Notes: generated from the sequence alone by a model not told the origin. A DNA stretch of 64,000 nucleotides from a virus (IMGVR_UViG_3300012936_000003:39801-103800); one strand, 5' to 3'. Shown: positions 9,999 to 20,614, counted from the first letter of the stretch. Numbers and translations are program-made.

Positions 9999-10670
9999 CT
10001 AATAAGACAGCACAGATTCAACCTTTGAATATAGTACGGGAGAAACACGCTTTACTTCTTCACGATCTCCATATAGATATTCCTCAAACCCCACAGCAAA
10101 ATACTCTCTAAGAGAAGTCATGGAATAAGCGGTTGGAAAAACATCTACACTTAACATATTCAAATTGTCGTAACCTACGCCCTTATAAAAAAAATAATCC
10201 AACTCTTTAGAATACTCGGTATCTAAGAACTGTACTATATTTACATTATAACCCGACATTGAAAGTATGTCAAGCATTTTTTTTCTTTTTTCTATAAATT
10301 CTCTTTCCAAATATCCATCAGAGTAGATTTCCATACCCATGTAGGATTCAACAGCGTGTGCAACTTCGTGAACAATGTCATCAACCAACTCCTCAACACT
10401 GTCTTGTTCATTGGTGACATAGATAGAAGAATCTTTATAAACAGCCTTAACTTCTCTGCTTATAAGTTCTGGGAATTCTCCTATGAAAATAGATTCAATT
10501 TCTCTTGATAGGTGGTGTGGTACAATTTTCTCAATGTCGGCGATTGCCTTAACCAAATCCACTTCTTGTGGCAATGAGTGAAGAACATATACGGGAACTG
10601 TTCCAAATATACTATACTCTTTTCTCTCCGAGAGAACTCTTTGCGCTCTTTCTGCTATAATTTCTCTCAT
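9999..10670 (-). CDS. Zincin-like metallopeptidase
   Basis: VHEVAHAVE plus downstream REYFAVGF. Confidence 0.65.
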   Translation of the reverse strand: MREIIAERAQRVLSERKEYSIFGTVPVYVLHSLPQEVDLVKAIADIEKIVPHHLSREIESIFIGEFPELISREVKAVYKDSSIYVTNEQDSVEELVDDIVHEVAHAVESYMGMEIYSDGYLEREFIEKRKKMLDILSMSGYNVNIVQFLDTEYSKELDYFFYKGVGYDNLNMLSVDVFPTAYSMTSLREYFAVGFEEYLYGDREEVKRVSPVLYSKVESVLSY

Positions 10671-10672
10671 GA

Positions 10673-10909
10673 CTAATCATCCCTGTTGTGTCCGTAGGAA
10701 TCATCCAGACCCTGTTTGTAGCCACGAATCCAGTTTTCCTCTGCAACAACCATCAGGAACTCGGGGAACTCTGACGACATAACGTTAACAATCATCTCTA
10801 CAGTGACTTCATCATTCTCTGGTTTTGCTACGCTGCCAACGTAGTTTACTAGCAACTCCTTCAGACCAGCCTCAGACTTAACCGTCTTTAATAAGATTGG
10901 GTTATCCAT
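10673..10909 (-). CDS. Hypothetical protein
   Basis: 78 aa with AAGGAG RBS. Confidence 0.6.
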   Translation of the reverse strand: MDNPILLKTVKSEAGLKELLVNYVGSVAKPENDEVTVEMIVNVMSSEFPEFLMVVAEENWIRGYKQGLDDSYGHNRDD

Positions 10910-10924
10910 ATTAACTCCTTTGTT

Positions 10925-12274
10925 TTATAATACTTTAGCCGCTAGGGATGCAACTTCAGAACGCTCACCCTTTAACAAGGTCACGTGTCCAGTGATAGGA
11001 AAAGATTTTAATTTCTCAACAGCATAAGTTAAACCATTTGAGGTTTCATCCAAATAAATGTTGTCAATCTGTTCAATATCACCAGTCAAAACTATCTTAG
11101 TTCCTTCCCCAACTCTTGTTATTATAGTCTTTAATTCGTGTTTTGTTAAATTTTGTGCTTCATCTACAATGATAAAAGCGTTCGCAATAGAACGTCCACG
11201 AATATATGTAAGAGCCTCAATTTCAATTATACCAGAATCCATATACATTTCAAGTGTAGCTTTGTCATCGCCCAAAAGAAACTGCAAATTGTCTTGAACG
11301 GGCATCAACCATGGTGCCATTTTTTCTTCCAAGGTTCCCGGCAAGAACCCAATATCTTTACCGAGGGGTTGGACCGGTCTCGTCACAATTAGTCTTTTAT
11401 ACGGAGTTTCTTGTTTATCATCTTTTCTCTTTCTTGACTGAGGTTCCAACACCTGCTGTAATCCCGCTGCCAAGGCACATAGAGTCTTACCAGAGCCAGC
11501 CTTACCAATTAAAGAGACAACCTGTACGCTTGTATCCAGCAACAGATCTAAACCAAAGTGTTGTTCTTTGTTTCTAGGTACGACACCCCAAATCCCTTTT
11601 GAATATTCCCCATTGATTCTTTTCAAGGGTCTGTTGTAATCCATAAAACGAGCGAGTGCAGTTTTTTTATTGTTTGTGTTTGACACCAACATTAAAAACT
11701 GATTTGTGTGTAGGTGATATTCATCCTCTGACAAATAAATCGGATCTCCACTGTAAAACCTATCCACCACTGGGTCATCTAATAGAATCTCTCTATATCC
11801 AGTGTAGATTTCCTGTGCGTTCCTAATAATCTTACCCACGATGTAATCTTCGGCAGGAATCCCAAGGGCATCACACTTGACACGCATGTTAATGTCACGA
11901 GATACGATTGAAACTTTTCTGTGTGGTGGTGTTGCAGCCTCAGTAAGCGCAGTTGCAATAATTTGATTATCAGGATCTTCTCTTGGAAATTCTTCCGGTA
12001 AAAGTTCGCTATCATAACCCTTTACGGTTAATATACCCTTCCCCTTTCCAATACGAACACCTTTTTCTAGAGAACCTTTCGCCCTCATTTCATCAAGAAT
12101 TTTAATTATTCTTCTTGCGTTCGTCCCTACAGAATCTTGTCTTTTTTTGTGTTTATCAATTTCTTCTAGTACCTTTAAAGGTACGACAACATCATTGTTT
12201 TTAAAGGCGTATACTGAATTAAAGTCTGTCAGATATACACTGGTGTCTAGTACATACGTTTTTTTACGTGCCAT
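10925..12274 (-). CDS. phoH: PIN-domain PhoH-family ATPase (PhoH2/YlaK type)
   Basis: VLDTSV PIN, GKAGSGKT, GFLPGTLEEK, RGRS, DEAQN, GDIEQID. Confidence 0.92.
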   Translation of the reverse strand: MARKKTYVLDTSVYLTDFNSVYAFKNNDVVVPLKVLEEIDKHKKRQDSVGTNARRIIKILDEMRAKGSLEKGVRIGKGKGILTVKGYDSELLPEEFPREDPDNQIIATALTEAATPPHRKVSIVSRDINMRVKCDALGIPAEDYIVGKIIRNAQEIYTGYREILLDDPVVDRFYSGDPIYLSEDEYHLHTNQFLMLVSNTNNKKTALARFMDYNRPLKRINGEYSKGIWGVVPRNKEQHFGLDLLLDTSVQVVSLIGKAGSGKTLCALAAGLQQVLEPQSRKRKDDKQETPYKRLIVTRPVQPLGKDIGFLPGTLEEKMAPWLMPVQDNLQFLLGDDKATLEMYMDSGIIEIEALTYIRGRSIANAFIIVDEAQNLTKHELKTIITRVGEGTKIVLTGDIEQIDNIYLDETSNGLTYAVEKLKSFPITGHVTLLKGERSEVASLAAKVL

Positions 12275-12313
12275 TTATTACCTCTACTTTTTCTTTTGCG
12301 TAATGGCTATACT

Positions 12314-12322
12314 ATAAATAGT
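12314..12322 (-). promoter_or_regulatory. Putative late promoter ACTATTTAT
   Basis: Motif recurs upstream of many minus-strand genes. Confidence 0.55.
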
Positions 12323-12346
12323 CTACTCTGACTAATTCGTTTTGTT

Positions 12347-12376
12347 AAAAAAAAACCCCCTCACGAGGAGGGGGTT
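12347..12376 (-). terminator. Rho-independent terminator
   Basis: AACCCCCTC/GAGGGGGTT stem followed by T-run on minus strand. Confidence 0.8.
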
Positions 12377-12419
12377 AAAACATTAACTAATGTTTTTATC
12401 ACACTGTATCAGTGATTAA

Positions 12420-14636
12420 TTACGAAACACTGAGGCTTTCACCGGGGTAGCCCTCGCCAGCGTTTGCATCTACTTCCACTCCAGTGTAAAGAGTGACTTG
12501 TAGTGCGATTTCCGCTGGGTCTGCTGGATCATCTTCCAAGTCCTGCATCAAGCTATGCCAACCCATGGCACTGTACTCATCAAGTCTGATGTAGTGATTG
12601 CCCTGATCGTCAGAGTGGACGAACGTTGCTGGGTTATCGCTACTGAAGAATGAAACGAATACACCACGTGGGTGACCCATTTCGTCACGAGGAATGTCAG
12701 TTACTCCAAGATAATCCACTCCAATCGTTGCTGGTACAGAGGCAGCGCCGTGCTGGACAAATAATCTTGAATACATCTGATCGTCGCCTTGTGCTATACC
12801 ATAAGTGTCATATGGTCTCATAAGGTCACGAGCAACGTCAATAGCGGTCTGATCACGGAAACTCAGGTCATTGCTTAACTGGTAGCCGATTTGCCAAGCT
12901 GGTGGATTCCACTCACCCATTGGAAATACGACTTCATGAGTGAAGTAGACATCTTCCGATAGTTCACTAATGCTCTCTACACCAGCGGCAAGTCCATTAC
13001 CGAATTCATTCGTCATGTCAGCGATAACGATGGCACCGTCATTCATAGCGCCAACAAGAACGCCAGCAAGTGAAGGATCGTCTAACTTGATCTTGACGCC
13101 GGTCGCAGTTATCTCAGTTTCTGCATAATCCACGGTGATTTCGTCACCCCCCAAGCCTGCGGTGGTGATTGCATCAGCTAACGTAGATGATACGGTCGGA
13201 ACCTCCGAAGTGAAATCAAGGAGCAAGCCGAGACCTGCTTCTGGATCATATTCCATGGATGCAGCAAGAGGTACTACTGCATCAGTCTGTGCAGTATATG
13301 TTGCGGTGGTATAACCACCACCTGTGCTATCACCCGGCATCTCAGTGCCACCCGAACTAGAACCATCAGAGTAAACCGTACCACCCAAATCAGAATCCTT
13401 CTCAGAATTTTCTGTTAGTGGTTCAGCGCTGAAGTCTGGACAATATAGCTCTGTGGTATCTCCAAGATCAAGCACTGGACCACACCAAATTGCTGTAAGT
13501 TTTACTTGCTTTGGTTCACTGTTAGGCTCACAAGCGATTGCTGACGTTGTTACCTCTAGCTTGCCTTCACTGTTAAAAGTGCTGTCTGCTAGAATATCAA
13601 GGTCATGGCGCAATACCGTCTGAGAATCTTGAACGATAGACACCTGAATCATCCACTTTCCAACATCCTGCATCCCAAAAGGAATAGCTTCGTCGGAAGT
13701 AAATGTCACGGTCGTTGCTGGGCAGTTATCACTAATCACCATATCAGCTACACCGTGAAGACCGAATGATGCAGTCATTGACTCAAGGTTTGCCGTAAAT
13801 GCCGACAACTGACCATCAATGTGTGCCCATGCATCAGAATCAGACTGATCAATGAACGCTTTCAATCTTGATTGCAAGCTCTGTAGATGAGCCTCAAGAG
13901 TAAGAATGTCCGAGTCTAAACGAGCTTCAAGTCTGTCTGCGTCTGCTTCGGTCATGGCGAAACTTTCAGAAGCAACGGTGTGAACCGCACGCTGAAGTGC
14001 TCCCATTTCCTGCATTAGACCAAGAACAGATGTTACAGAATTTTGAGCTTGCATACCATTTACAATATCGTTAATAGCTTTAATCTCAATATACTGTTCT
14101 TCTCCGTCGGCTCTAAGAACTCTCAAGAACCAACCTTTATCAGCATCTGAAATATCAATGCTGGAATCTGGTTGTTCAACATTAAGAACACTAGCGTCAG
14201 AGTCGTGACCCTCACCAGCGTGCATATCTTCAGTCAAATCAGCGTCTGACCCATCAGCATTAAGGTCGTCAATGTCTTTATCGTCAGGAACAGCCTCGGT
14301 GAATAGACCACCACTAAGAGTACCATAAACAAGACCCAACTCTTTTACGAGTCTCTTACCTGCAACACCCTTGACAAAAACGTCTGCATCTGATGAAGTA
14401 ATATCAACATCACCGCAAATTTCTGCGTCAAGTGCAACTCTCATGTGACCAAGCAATCTCTTGATTGGGCAATTTTTAAAACTAAGTTCCGCAGAACCAA
14501 ATTTTTCTTCAGTTCCCTGCTCGGCAGGAATATCTGAAACGGTATCATGAGTTACCGTCTTAGCGGCGTCACGTTGACCCTGTAAGCGTCCTTCTGTGAC
14601 TTCGCCTCTATCATTATTAAATGTAAATTCACTCAT
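12420..14636 (-). CDS. Acidic fibre-like structural protein, paralogue A
   Basis: Shares blocks with the next two ORFs; GGAGG RBS before MSEFTF. Confidence 0.6.
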   Translation of the reverse strand: MSEFTFNNDRGEVTEGRLQGQRDAAKTVTHDTVSDIPAEQGTEEKFGSAELSFKNCPIKRLLGHMRVALDAEICGDVDITSSDADVFVKGVAGKRLVKELGLVYGTLSGGLFTEAVPDDKDIDDLNADGSDADLTEDMHAGEGHDSDASVLNVEQPDSSIDISDADKGWFLRVLRADGEEQYIEIKAINDIVNGMQAQNSVTSVLGLMQEMGALQRAVHTVASESFAMTEADADRLEARLDSDILTLEAHLQSLQSRLKAFIDQSDSDAWAHIDGQLSAFTANLESMTASFGLHGVADMVISDNCPATTVTFTSDEAIPFGMQDVGKWMIQVSIVQDSQTVLRHDLDILADSTFNSEGKLEVTTSAIACEPNSEPKQVKLTAIWCGPVLDLGDTTELYCPDFSAEPLTENSEKDSDLGGTVYSDGSSSGGTEMPGDSTGGGYTTATYTAQTDAVVPLAASMEYDPEAGLGLLLDFTSEVPTVSSTLADAITTAGLGGDEITVDYAETEITATGVKIKLDDPSLAGVLVGAMNDGAIVIADMTNEFGNGLAAGVESISELSEDVYFTHEVVFPMGEWNPPAWQIGYQLSNDLSFRDQTAIDVARDLMRPYDTYGIAQGDDQMYSRLFVQHGAASVPATIGVDYLGVTDIPRDEMGHPRGVFVSFFSSDNPATFVHSDDQGNHYIRLDEYSAMGWHSLMQDLEDDPADPAEIALQVTLYTGVEVDANAGEGYPGESLSVS

Positions 14637-14680
14637 TGTTTTTTCCTCCAATTAATAAATAAGCGTATTCGTAACTCATA

Positions 14681-15757
14681 TTATGAGTTGCCGTTGATGG
14701 CACTTGCTCTTGAGATTTTATTAGCCTCAGACTCAGCAGTCGCCAAAGTTCCCGGATGATCCGTACTGTTATAGTTTGGAACAAAGACAGCACTTTCAAA
14801 AGGTACACCTGAAAAATCTGGTGCAATTTGGTCACGAGCCTGTTCACATGCGTCGTCAAGATCAGAGTCTGGACCTGCGTAAACGCCGGTAATAACAATC
14901 CTATCTTGTGCCAATGCATGATCTGGACAAGTTTCTAAGTCAATATTGCACTTTAACTTATCACCATCGGTGTAAAGAACATGTGCAATGTCGGCAGAGC
15001 GAATGTGCTCATCTTCACCAGTTTTGTGTAAGTGGACTCTAACGTCCCAAAGAGAAACATTACCTCTCATTGAGTCAAGAGAACCATTTTCTTGAGGAAT
15101 ACTATAAACCTCAGCGTCCAAACCTTGAGCAGCCTCGGCGATTTGTGCTGAAAGACAGAATCTATCTCTAGAAACTCTGAGTTCGTAACATTCTTCTGTT
15201 TTATTAATTTTTTCCATTGCCTTAGCCATAAGAATAATATCTTTAGCTGAAGCATAATCTAGAATTTCAGTTTTGAGTTCTTCAAGGCTCGCCTGAAGCG
15301 TAACCAAGAAATTGTCAAATGAATTATCAAGTTTAGTGACCTCAACCTCACGACCAATCCTCATACTGTTAACCACAGTATCAATTGCCTGTGACAACTT
15401 GTCCAACTGAGCTTTAACCTCTGGTAGAGATTCAACTTTGTCGTCGCCGTCGTCTGGAAGCAAAAGGTCATCTACACCCTTTACTGCCTTGTAAACAACG
15501 TCTCCCCAGTTTCTTGTTAATCTCAAGAAAGCCTTTTCGCCGTGACCAGCATCCACGTTGTTTCCTTCTGCATCAAAATTTGGTTCGCCTTCTGCATCTA
15601 CAAAAAGATTACCGACGAATTCCGCATCTTTAACCATTGAGGTGATTGCAGAACCATCCCCAATGAACATATCATGTCCTCCCTTGATTGTCATGCCGCC
15701 GCAAATATCAACACCTTGCGCCGCCAAAGCATAGAGAGCTTTTTTTGTCATACTCAT
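14681..15757 (-). CDS. Acidic fibre-like structural protein, paralogue B
   Basis: Shared blocks; GGAGG RBS before MSMTKK. Confidence 0.6.
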   Translation of the reverse strand: MSMTKKALYALAAQGVDICGGMTIKGGHDMFIGDGSAITSMVKDAEFVGNLFVDAEGEPNFDAEGNNVDAGHGEKAFLRLTRNWGDVVYKAVKGVDDLLLPDDGDDKVESLPEVKAQLDKLSQAIDTVVNSMRIGREVEVTKLDNSFDNFLVTLQASLEELKTEILDYASAKDIILMAKAMEKINKTEECYELRVSRDRFCLSAQIAEAAQGLDAEVYSIPQENGSLDSMRGNVSLWDVRVHLHKTGEDEHIRSADIAHVLYTDGDKLKCNIDLETCPDHALAQDRIVITGVYAGPDSDLDDACEQARDQIAPDFSGVPFESAVFVPNYNSTDHPGTLATAESEANKISRASAINGNS

Positions 15758-15814
15758 TTTATTTTCCTCCAAGTTTGTTTAAAATGATTAAATGTTGTTT
15801 ATTCACAACTTTCA

Positions 15815-18484
15815 TTAATTGCCCTGATCGCCTACACCAGCAGTACCGAGATCATCAATCTTTCTCAAATCATCTGCACCTCCGATGGACTGGTTAAGAG
15901 CAAGAGGTAAATCTGGGGTAGCCTCAGCTTCCGTCGTTTCACCCTTCGGATTATTGCTAACCTTGTTATCAATCGTTCCTGCGTAAATTGCGTTAACTCT
16001 TAGAGTAGGAACAACGCTGATCGCATCACCGTTAACATCATCCATCAATACGCAACCTTCGGAGAATACATCAACCTTGATACCCTTGAGTACCGCTTCG
16101 CCTTCTTCCGCTGGCATATCAACAAATCTTGCTTCAAACTGAGCTTCAATATCACCACGAGCAACGCCGTTAACGATAGCAGAAACATCAAATTTCCAAC
16201 AAGCAAGGTCTGAATCTTGCATTTTTGAACCAAGTTCAGCAGTGAAAGAAAGGACTTCTGGGATGTTACCGTCTTCAATCTGAGCTTCACCAGTGAATCT
16301 GATTGCAGACTCTAAATCTCTAACTTCATCAGCAAGGTCGTCAATTCGCTCCAATGCAAACTCAGCAATTCTTTCGTCTTCTCTCTTGATATATGCACCC
16401 AATTCAACCTCAACGTGGTTAATGTGTTGCATGAGAGCCAACATGTCCGCTGTCATTTTGTCTTCAAGATCATCAATAGCGTCAATGCTTGCAAGACCTA
16501 ATTCAGCAAACATGTAACGTGCTGCATCCTGAAGATCTTTAATGCTTCGCATTCCTGCAAGAACAGAATAGACACTTCCAAGTTCACCTACTTGCGAAAC
16601 AAGATCGTTAACAGGCTTAAACTCGCTATAGCGAACGCTACCGTCAGCCATGGTGTTTCTCAAGTACCATTTTTGATTTTGGAGAGGAATCTCTGTAACA
16701 ACTCCAAACTCACTCCATGATTTGCTAACACCTTCTGCCTGAAAAGGAGTTAGGTGTGAAGGAGTCAAATGCGGCGAACTCGCCGGGAGCAGATCTGTAC
16801 CGTCTAATTGTCTAGAACCGTTAAGACTATCTGCGGTTCTACCATCGCCAGACTGCTTATCGTTGATGCTCGTGCGAGCGAAATCAACGCTAGAGTCTCC
16901 AACGAAGCCCTCGCCGGGGGGGGTAACGGTCCCATTAAAGACACCATGCATCAATTCCAAACCAACGTCAGTTGAACGAATTGTTTTGATTCCTCTTTCA
17001 GATGGATCAATAGGTTGGAAAAACACATCGTTTTGCCAGTTATTAATTTCTTCTGGATCTTCTACAATGTTCCATGAACCATATCCAGCGTCATCACCGT
17101 TCTCGTCTACGAGTGGTCCGTACTTGATAAACACGCCGTGTACAAATTGAACTTCAGTGATTAGGTCACCGAAGGCGAAGGTGTCACCGTTTTTGTCAAA
17201 CACCAAGTCTCCGTGAATGTTAATGTCTTCACAAGACTGAATTCCCATGGTCTTTAAACCACCAAGGTAGTCTTTACCACTCTTAGAAGTTGTGGTTTCA
17301 GTATGCACATCAGCAACACCATTGGCAAAGTAACCAAAATCAACCGGTAGGTTGGAAGGGTAAAAAGACGTTGCGTTTTCCCAGAGCATTTTTGCCTGTC
17401 TAAGCACTGCAATAGCTGATTCATTGGTGTCCAACAAAGCATCCTGTAAGGTTGCATACTTAAAATCACCATTTTCATCAAGAAGCGCAACATCCTGACC
17501 GTCACTAAGAATATTTTCCTTAGATTGGTAAACCGGGAATCCCTGTACGGCGTAACGACCGTGCACAGGAATGTTCGCCGGATCCGAAGGCGCAAGTTGC
17601 GAAAGTGTGTCAATCATATCTTGAAGCTGACTAACAAGTTCTGTCGGTGTTAGGTAAACGTTATCAAAACTAGCCTTTTCGGCTGAATCAAGATCGTACC
17701 TATTACCAAATGTAAATTTACTCATAATATTTTCCTCCATGTTTTGAGCATCCCCATTATCGGGGCTACTATCGTCCTCATCGGACGTATCTTCGGTTGC
17801 TGATACAACCGTTACTATTCTATCTATTTCACTGGATACACCAGTAACATTGCTTGTCGCTGAAATTAAAACGACAAATTCTGTATTAATTGGATCGTTA
17901 CTGTTTACAACATCACCCGAAGTGGTTGTAGATAGTATCGCTCCATCTAAATCATATGCTGTGGCTCCAAGATCAGAATATTCCTGACCTTGAACAACAG
18001 TTGTGGTTGCGTCTCCGTTTAAAACCAGTTCTGGTCCTGTCGTAGAGAGACGATCCACAGTGCCATCTTCCGTGTTCCACAAATATACCAACGGTGATTC
18101 GCCAGCAGTTAAGTTGACATTACCGTCCGCACCATTGTTTAATAAATTCCAAAATGTAACCTTGATTAAAGGCTGTGAACTTACACCGGACCATCCAATT
18201 TCTGTTAGATAATTACCCACATCAAAGGGGGATCCCTGTGTATATTCAGGTGGAAGGTTTTCCCACCCACTCGTCCAAGTTCTTAAAGTTCTGGATGCGG
18301 ACCAAGTGGTTCCGTTCCAAAACTGTATATTTATTCTTAGTTGAGCGTGTTGGGCTGCATCTCCGTCATGAAAATTCCATGATTGAGCGCCACCCGAGGT
18401 GTCTGCCCATGTCCACCCTAATTCAGAACTATTTGGAACTACGTTAAATGCCACTTCAAGTGGTAAATTAATTCCAATAGTCAT
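15815..18484 (-). CDS. Acidic fibre-like protein, paralogue C, with N-terminal Ig-like (DUF5011-like) extension; probable internal start at 17725
   Basis: GPELVLNGD..GQEYSDLGATAYD Ig-like pattern; internal GGAGG+ATG. Confidence 0.6.
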   Translation of the reverse strand: MTIGINLPLEVAFNVVPNSSELGWTWADTSGGAQSWNFHDGDAAQHAQLRINIQFWNGTTWSASRTLRTWTSGWENLPPEYTQGSPFDVGNYLTEIGWSGVSSQPLIKVTFWNLLNNGADGNVNLTAGESPLVYLWNTEDGTVDRLSTTGPELVLNGDATTTVVQGQEYSDLGATAYDLDGAILSTTTSGDVVNSNDPINTEFVVLISATSNVTGVSSEIDRIVTVVSATEDTSDEDDSSPDNGDAQNMEENIMSKFTFGNRYDLDSAEKASFDNVYLTPTELVSQLQDMIDTLSQLAPSDPANIPVHGRYAVQGFPVYQSKENILSDGQDVALLDENGDFKYATLQDALLDTNESAIAVLRQAKMLWENATSFYPSNLPVDFGYFANGVADVHTETTTSKSGKDYLGGLKTMGIQSCEDINIHGDLVFDKNGDTFAFGDLITEVQFVHGVFIKYGPLVDENGDDAGYGSWNIVEDPEEINNWQNDVFFQPIDPSERGIKTIRSTDVGLELMHGVFNGTVTPPGEGFVGDSSVDFARTSINDKQSGDGRTADSLNGSRQLDGTDLLPASSPHLTPSHLTPFQAEGVSKSWSEFGVVTEIPLQNQKWYLRNTMADGSVRYSEFKPVNDLVSQVGELGSVYSVLAGMRSIKDLQDAARYMFAELGLASIDAIDDLEDKMTADMLALMQHINHVEVELGAYIKREDERIAEFALERIDDLADEVRDLESAIRFTGEAQIEDGNIPEVLSFTAELGSKMQDSDLACWKFDVSAIVNGVARGDIEAQFEARFVDMPAEEGEAVLKGIKVDVFSEGCVLMDDVNGDAISVVPTLRVNAIYAGTIDNKVSNNPKGETTEAEATPDLPLALNQSIGGADDLRKIDDLGTAGVGDQGN

Positions 18485-18630
18485 GCAATATCCTCCCGCA
18501 AATTAATGCAAACGTATTGCAAGATACACCAGTACCCTGACAAACACGAACTTTAGAATGATGTTTGCTATTTAGTGCACGTTCTATAGGGAAGAAATGT
18601 GTGCGGTTTCTCTGCTATCCATCAACGCTT

Positions 18631-18639
18631 ATAATTAGT
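18631..18639 (-). promoter_or_regulatory. Putative late promoter ACTAATTAT
   Basis: Recurrent motif. Confidence 0.5.
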
Positions 18640-18684
18640 GTGTGGAAAAATGAAGCTCCCGATCCTAAAGCAGAAACTTTACGA

Positions 18685-19215
18685 TCAACCCATCACAGTG
18701 ACACGATATTGCCCAATCTCGTCGCAATGTGCCATATATAAAGTGATTTTTTCTTGTTCAATTTCTACCGATACGTCAACGATCTGATCGGAGTTGGAGG
18801 TATCCACAATCTGCACGAAAACATCTTTACTTTGGAAAGGATTTTCAACTTCGTAGATGTTGGTCCCGTGCTCATCTACGGTGTGCGATATGACGCCATC
18901 ACTGCCCATTTGAAGAACATATGAGACCTTTTGTAGAGTCTGTTCAATAATAGAAGCAACCTCTTGTTCAAGTTCTGTAAGGGCAGTCTGAAGACCATCG
19001 GTAATGGTTTCAAAAATATCTAACTGGTTAACCAAGCCCGCAATCGTTGAGTAGATATTACTCAGATTTGATTGGACGGCATTAACCTTTTGAGTAAGAA
19101 GCTGAATCTGGGAAGCGGTATCTCCAATTCCAATGGCAGAAATCTGCTTTCTTAATTTCTTCTCCAACAGTTGTCTCGTTACTGCTGAATGTACCAGTCC
19201 ATTGTTCCTACTCAT
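18685..19215 (-). CDS. Putative virion protein (coiled coil plus beta-rich C-terminus)
   Basis: Heptads then SKDVFVQIVD..YRVTVMG. Confidence 0.5.
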   Translation of the reverse strand: MSRNNGLVHSAVTRQLLEKKLRKQISAIGIGDTASQIQLLTQKVNAVQSNLSNIYSTIAGLVNQLDIFETITDGLQTALTELEQEVASIIEQTLQKVSYVLQMGSDGVISHTVDEHGTNIYEVENPFQSKDVFVQIVDTSNSDQIVDVSVEIEQEKITLYMAHCDEIGQYRVTVMG

Positions 19216-19225
19216 TTTTTACCAC

Positions 19226-19543
19226 CTACAGTAAATTGGCTCGGTTCACGTCTAAAACGCCGTCTCCCAAACTATTGCTAGAAATTCCTGTTAATTCTAC
19301 CACAGCGGTAGCGGTTCCAGCAAGAGTGAAACCAAGCACTGCAACTTCAAATCTTACAACCGAATTCGCCGGAATTGAAAAAGCGTTTCCGTCATCTCCG
19401 GCAAAGGCGATTGAACCCGGTCCAGCAGCGGTAGACACCGTGATGGCTCTAGACACTCTCTTTAATGAGTGTGATCCGGCTGCGTTAATCACCAGTGGTG
19501 TACCAGATTTTTGAAAGGTTGCTGAATTGTGTAATCCTGACAT
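19226..19543 (-). CDS. Putative small structural protein
   Basis: Ala/Gly/Ser-rich beta protein behind late motif. Confidence 0.5.
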   Translation of the reverse strand: MSGLHNSATFQKSGTPLVINAAGSHSLKRVSRAITVSTAAGPGSIAFAGDDGNAFSIPANSVVRFEVAVLGFTLAGTATAVVELTGISSNSLGDGVLDVNRANLL

Positions 19544-19579
19544 TATTTTGATCTCCTTGTTGGCTCACATAGCCTTCTT

Positions 19580-19588
19580 ATAATTAGT
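19580..19588 (-). promoter_or_regulatory. Putative late promoter ACTAATTAT
   Basis: Recurrent motif. Confidence 0.5.
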
Positions 19589-19696
19589 TCGCTGAAAAAG
19601 TAAAAGAAAAATATTTATATTTTCTTCTTTTTTAGTTGCACGGAGATAGTTAATTTATAAGGGATTGAAATATTAATGCTTTAGGGTGGACTATGA

Positions 19697-20614
19697 ATGG
19701 AGAGATTCATAAAACTTACTAAATTGATTGGGATTTTTACTCTATCAATAACACTTGTCGGATGCGCTAGTACAAAAGTAATTGCTCCAACTGACTCGTT
19801 CGTAAGACTTTATTCCGACCATGAACTCAACGTTTGTGCCTCAAAGAAAATAAAAGAAGATAAAGGTTGGCAATCCTCCGGAATGCCGGAATGTATACAA
19901 TACAACGTAAGAAGTTCCGCAAGCGGCTCAATCATTGACCACTATAAAGATCCAAGCACAAAAGAAGACAAGAGTCTTGTTTTGAGCGTTGCTCATTTTT
20001 GTTCTCTATCTGAAGGACAGCTAATCAACATGATACCATCCGAAGGTCTACAACAGATGGTACAGCTTGGACTATATGAAATTAAATCACACAAAATTTC
20101 TCAACAGTCTTTAACCACGATTTACAGTAAAAACTATCGTGTAATTAAGAACATTGCATCTGACGCACAGGTAGATGTTTGTCTGCTTGAATCTGAGAGG
20201 TTGCCAGTCAAGAGGTTGCCGATTTTAAAATCAAACGCAGAGTATGGTGAAAGGATCCTCAACATGGCAGCGCCGTGGGGATACTTTAACCCGCCAAATA
20301 TTTTTATTGATGAAGGTTTATATCTGGGTGAGTGTGGCAATACAAACACGTGCCTCAATTACGGCTCTTTTGCTATTTCCGGAGTATATGCTGGTCAAGG
20401 TAGCTCGGGTTCTCCAATCCTTGTCAGGAGGGCAGGTAGGTGGTATATCGCAGGTATTATTCACACAGTAAAGATTGCTCCGTTTGGCGGCACATACTTA
20501 CCAATGGGCGCTTCGGTTGAGCAAATACAGAAAGTAATTCAATCAAATTTTATTCCATACAAAAACTCTAGGGACATAGTTATTTCAGATCCCAAGGAAC
20601 CTTCCATGAAGTGA
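19697..20614 (+). CDS. Trypsin-like serine protease lipoprotein
   Basis: Lipobox LVGC; triad SVAHFC, DVCLL, GSSGSP. Confidence 0.8.
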   Translation: MERFIKLTKLIGIFTLSITLVGCASTKVIAPTDSFVRLYSDHELNVCASKKIKEDKGWQSSGMPECIQYNVRSSASGSIIDHYKDPSTKEDKSLVLSVAHFCSLSEGQLINMIPSEGLQQMVQLGLYEIKSHKISQQSLTTIYSKNYRVIKNIASDAQVDVCLLESERLPVKRLPILKSNAEYGERILNMAAPWGYFNPPNIFIDEGLYLGECGNTNTCLNYGSFAISGVYAGQGSSGSPILVRRAGRWYIAGIIHTVKIAPFGGTYLPMGASVEQIQKVIQSNFIPYKNSRDIVISDPKEPSMK

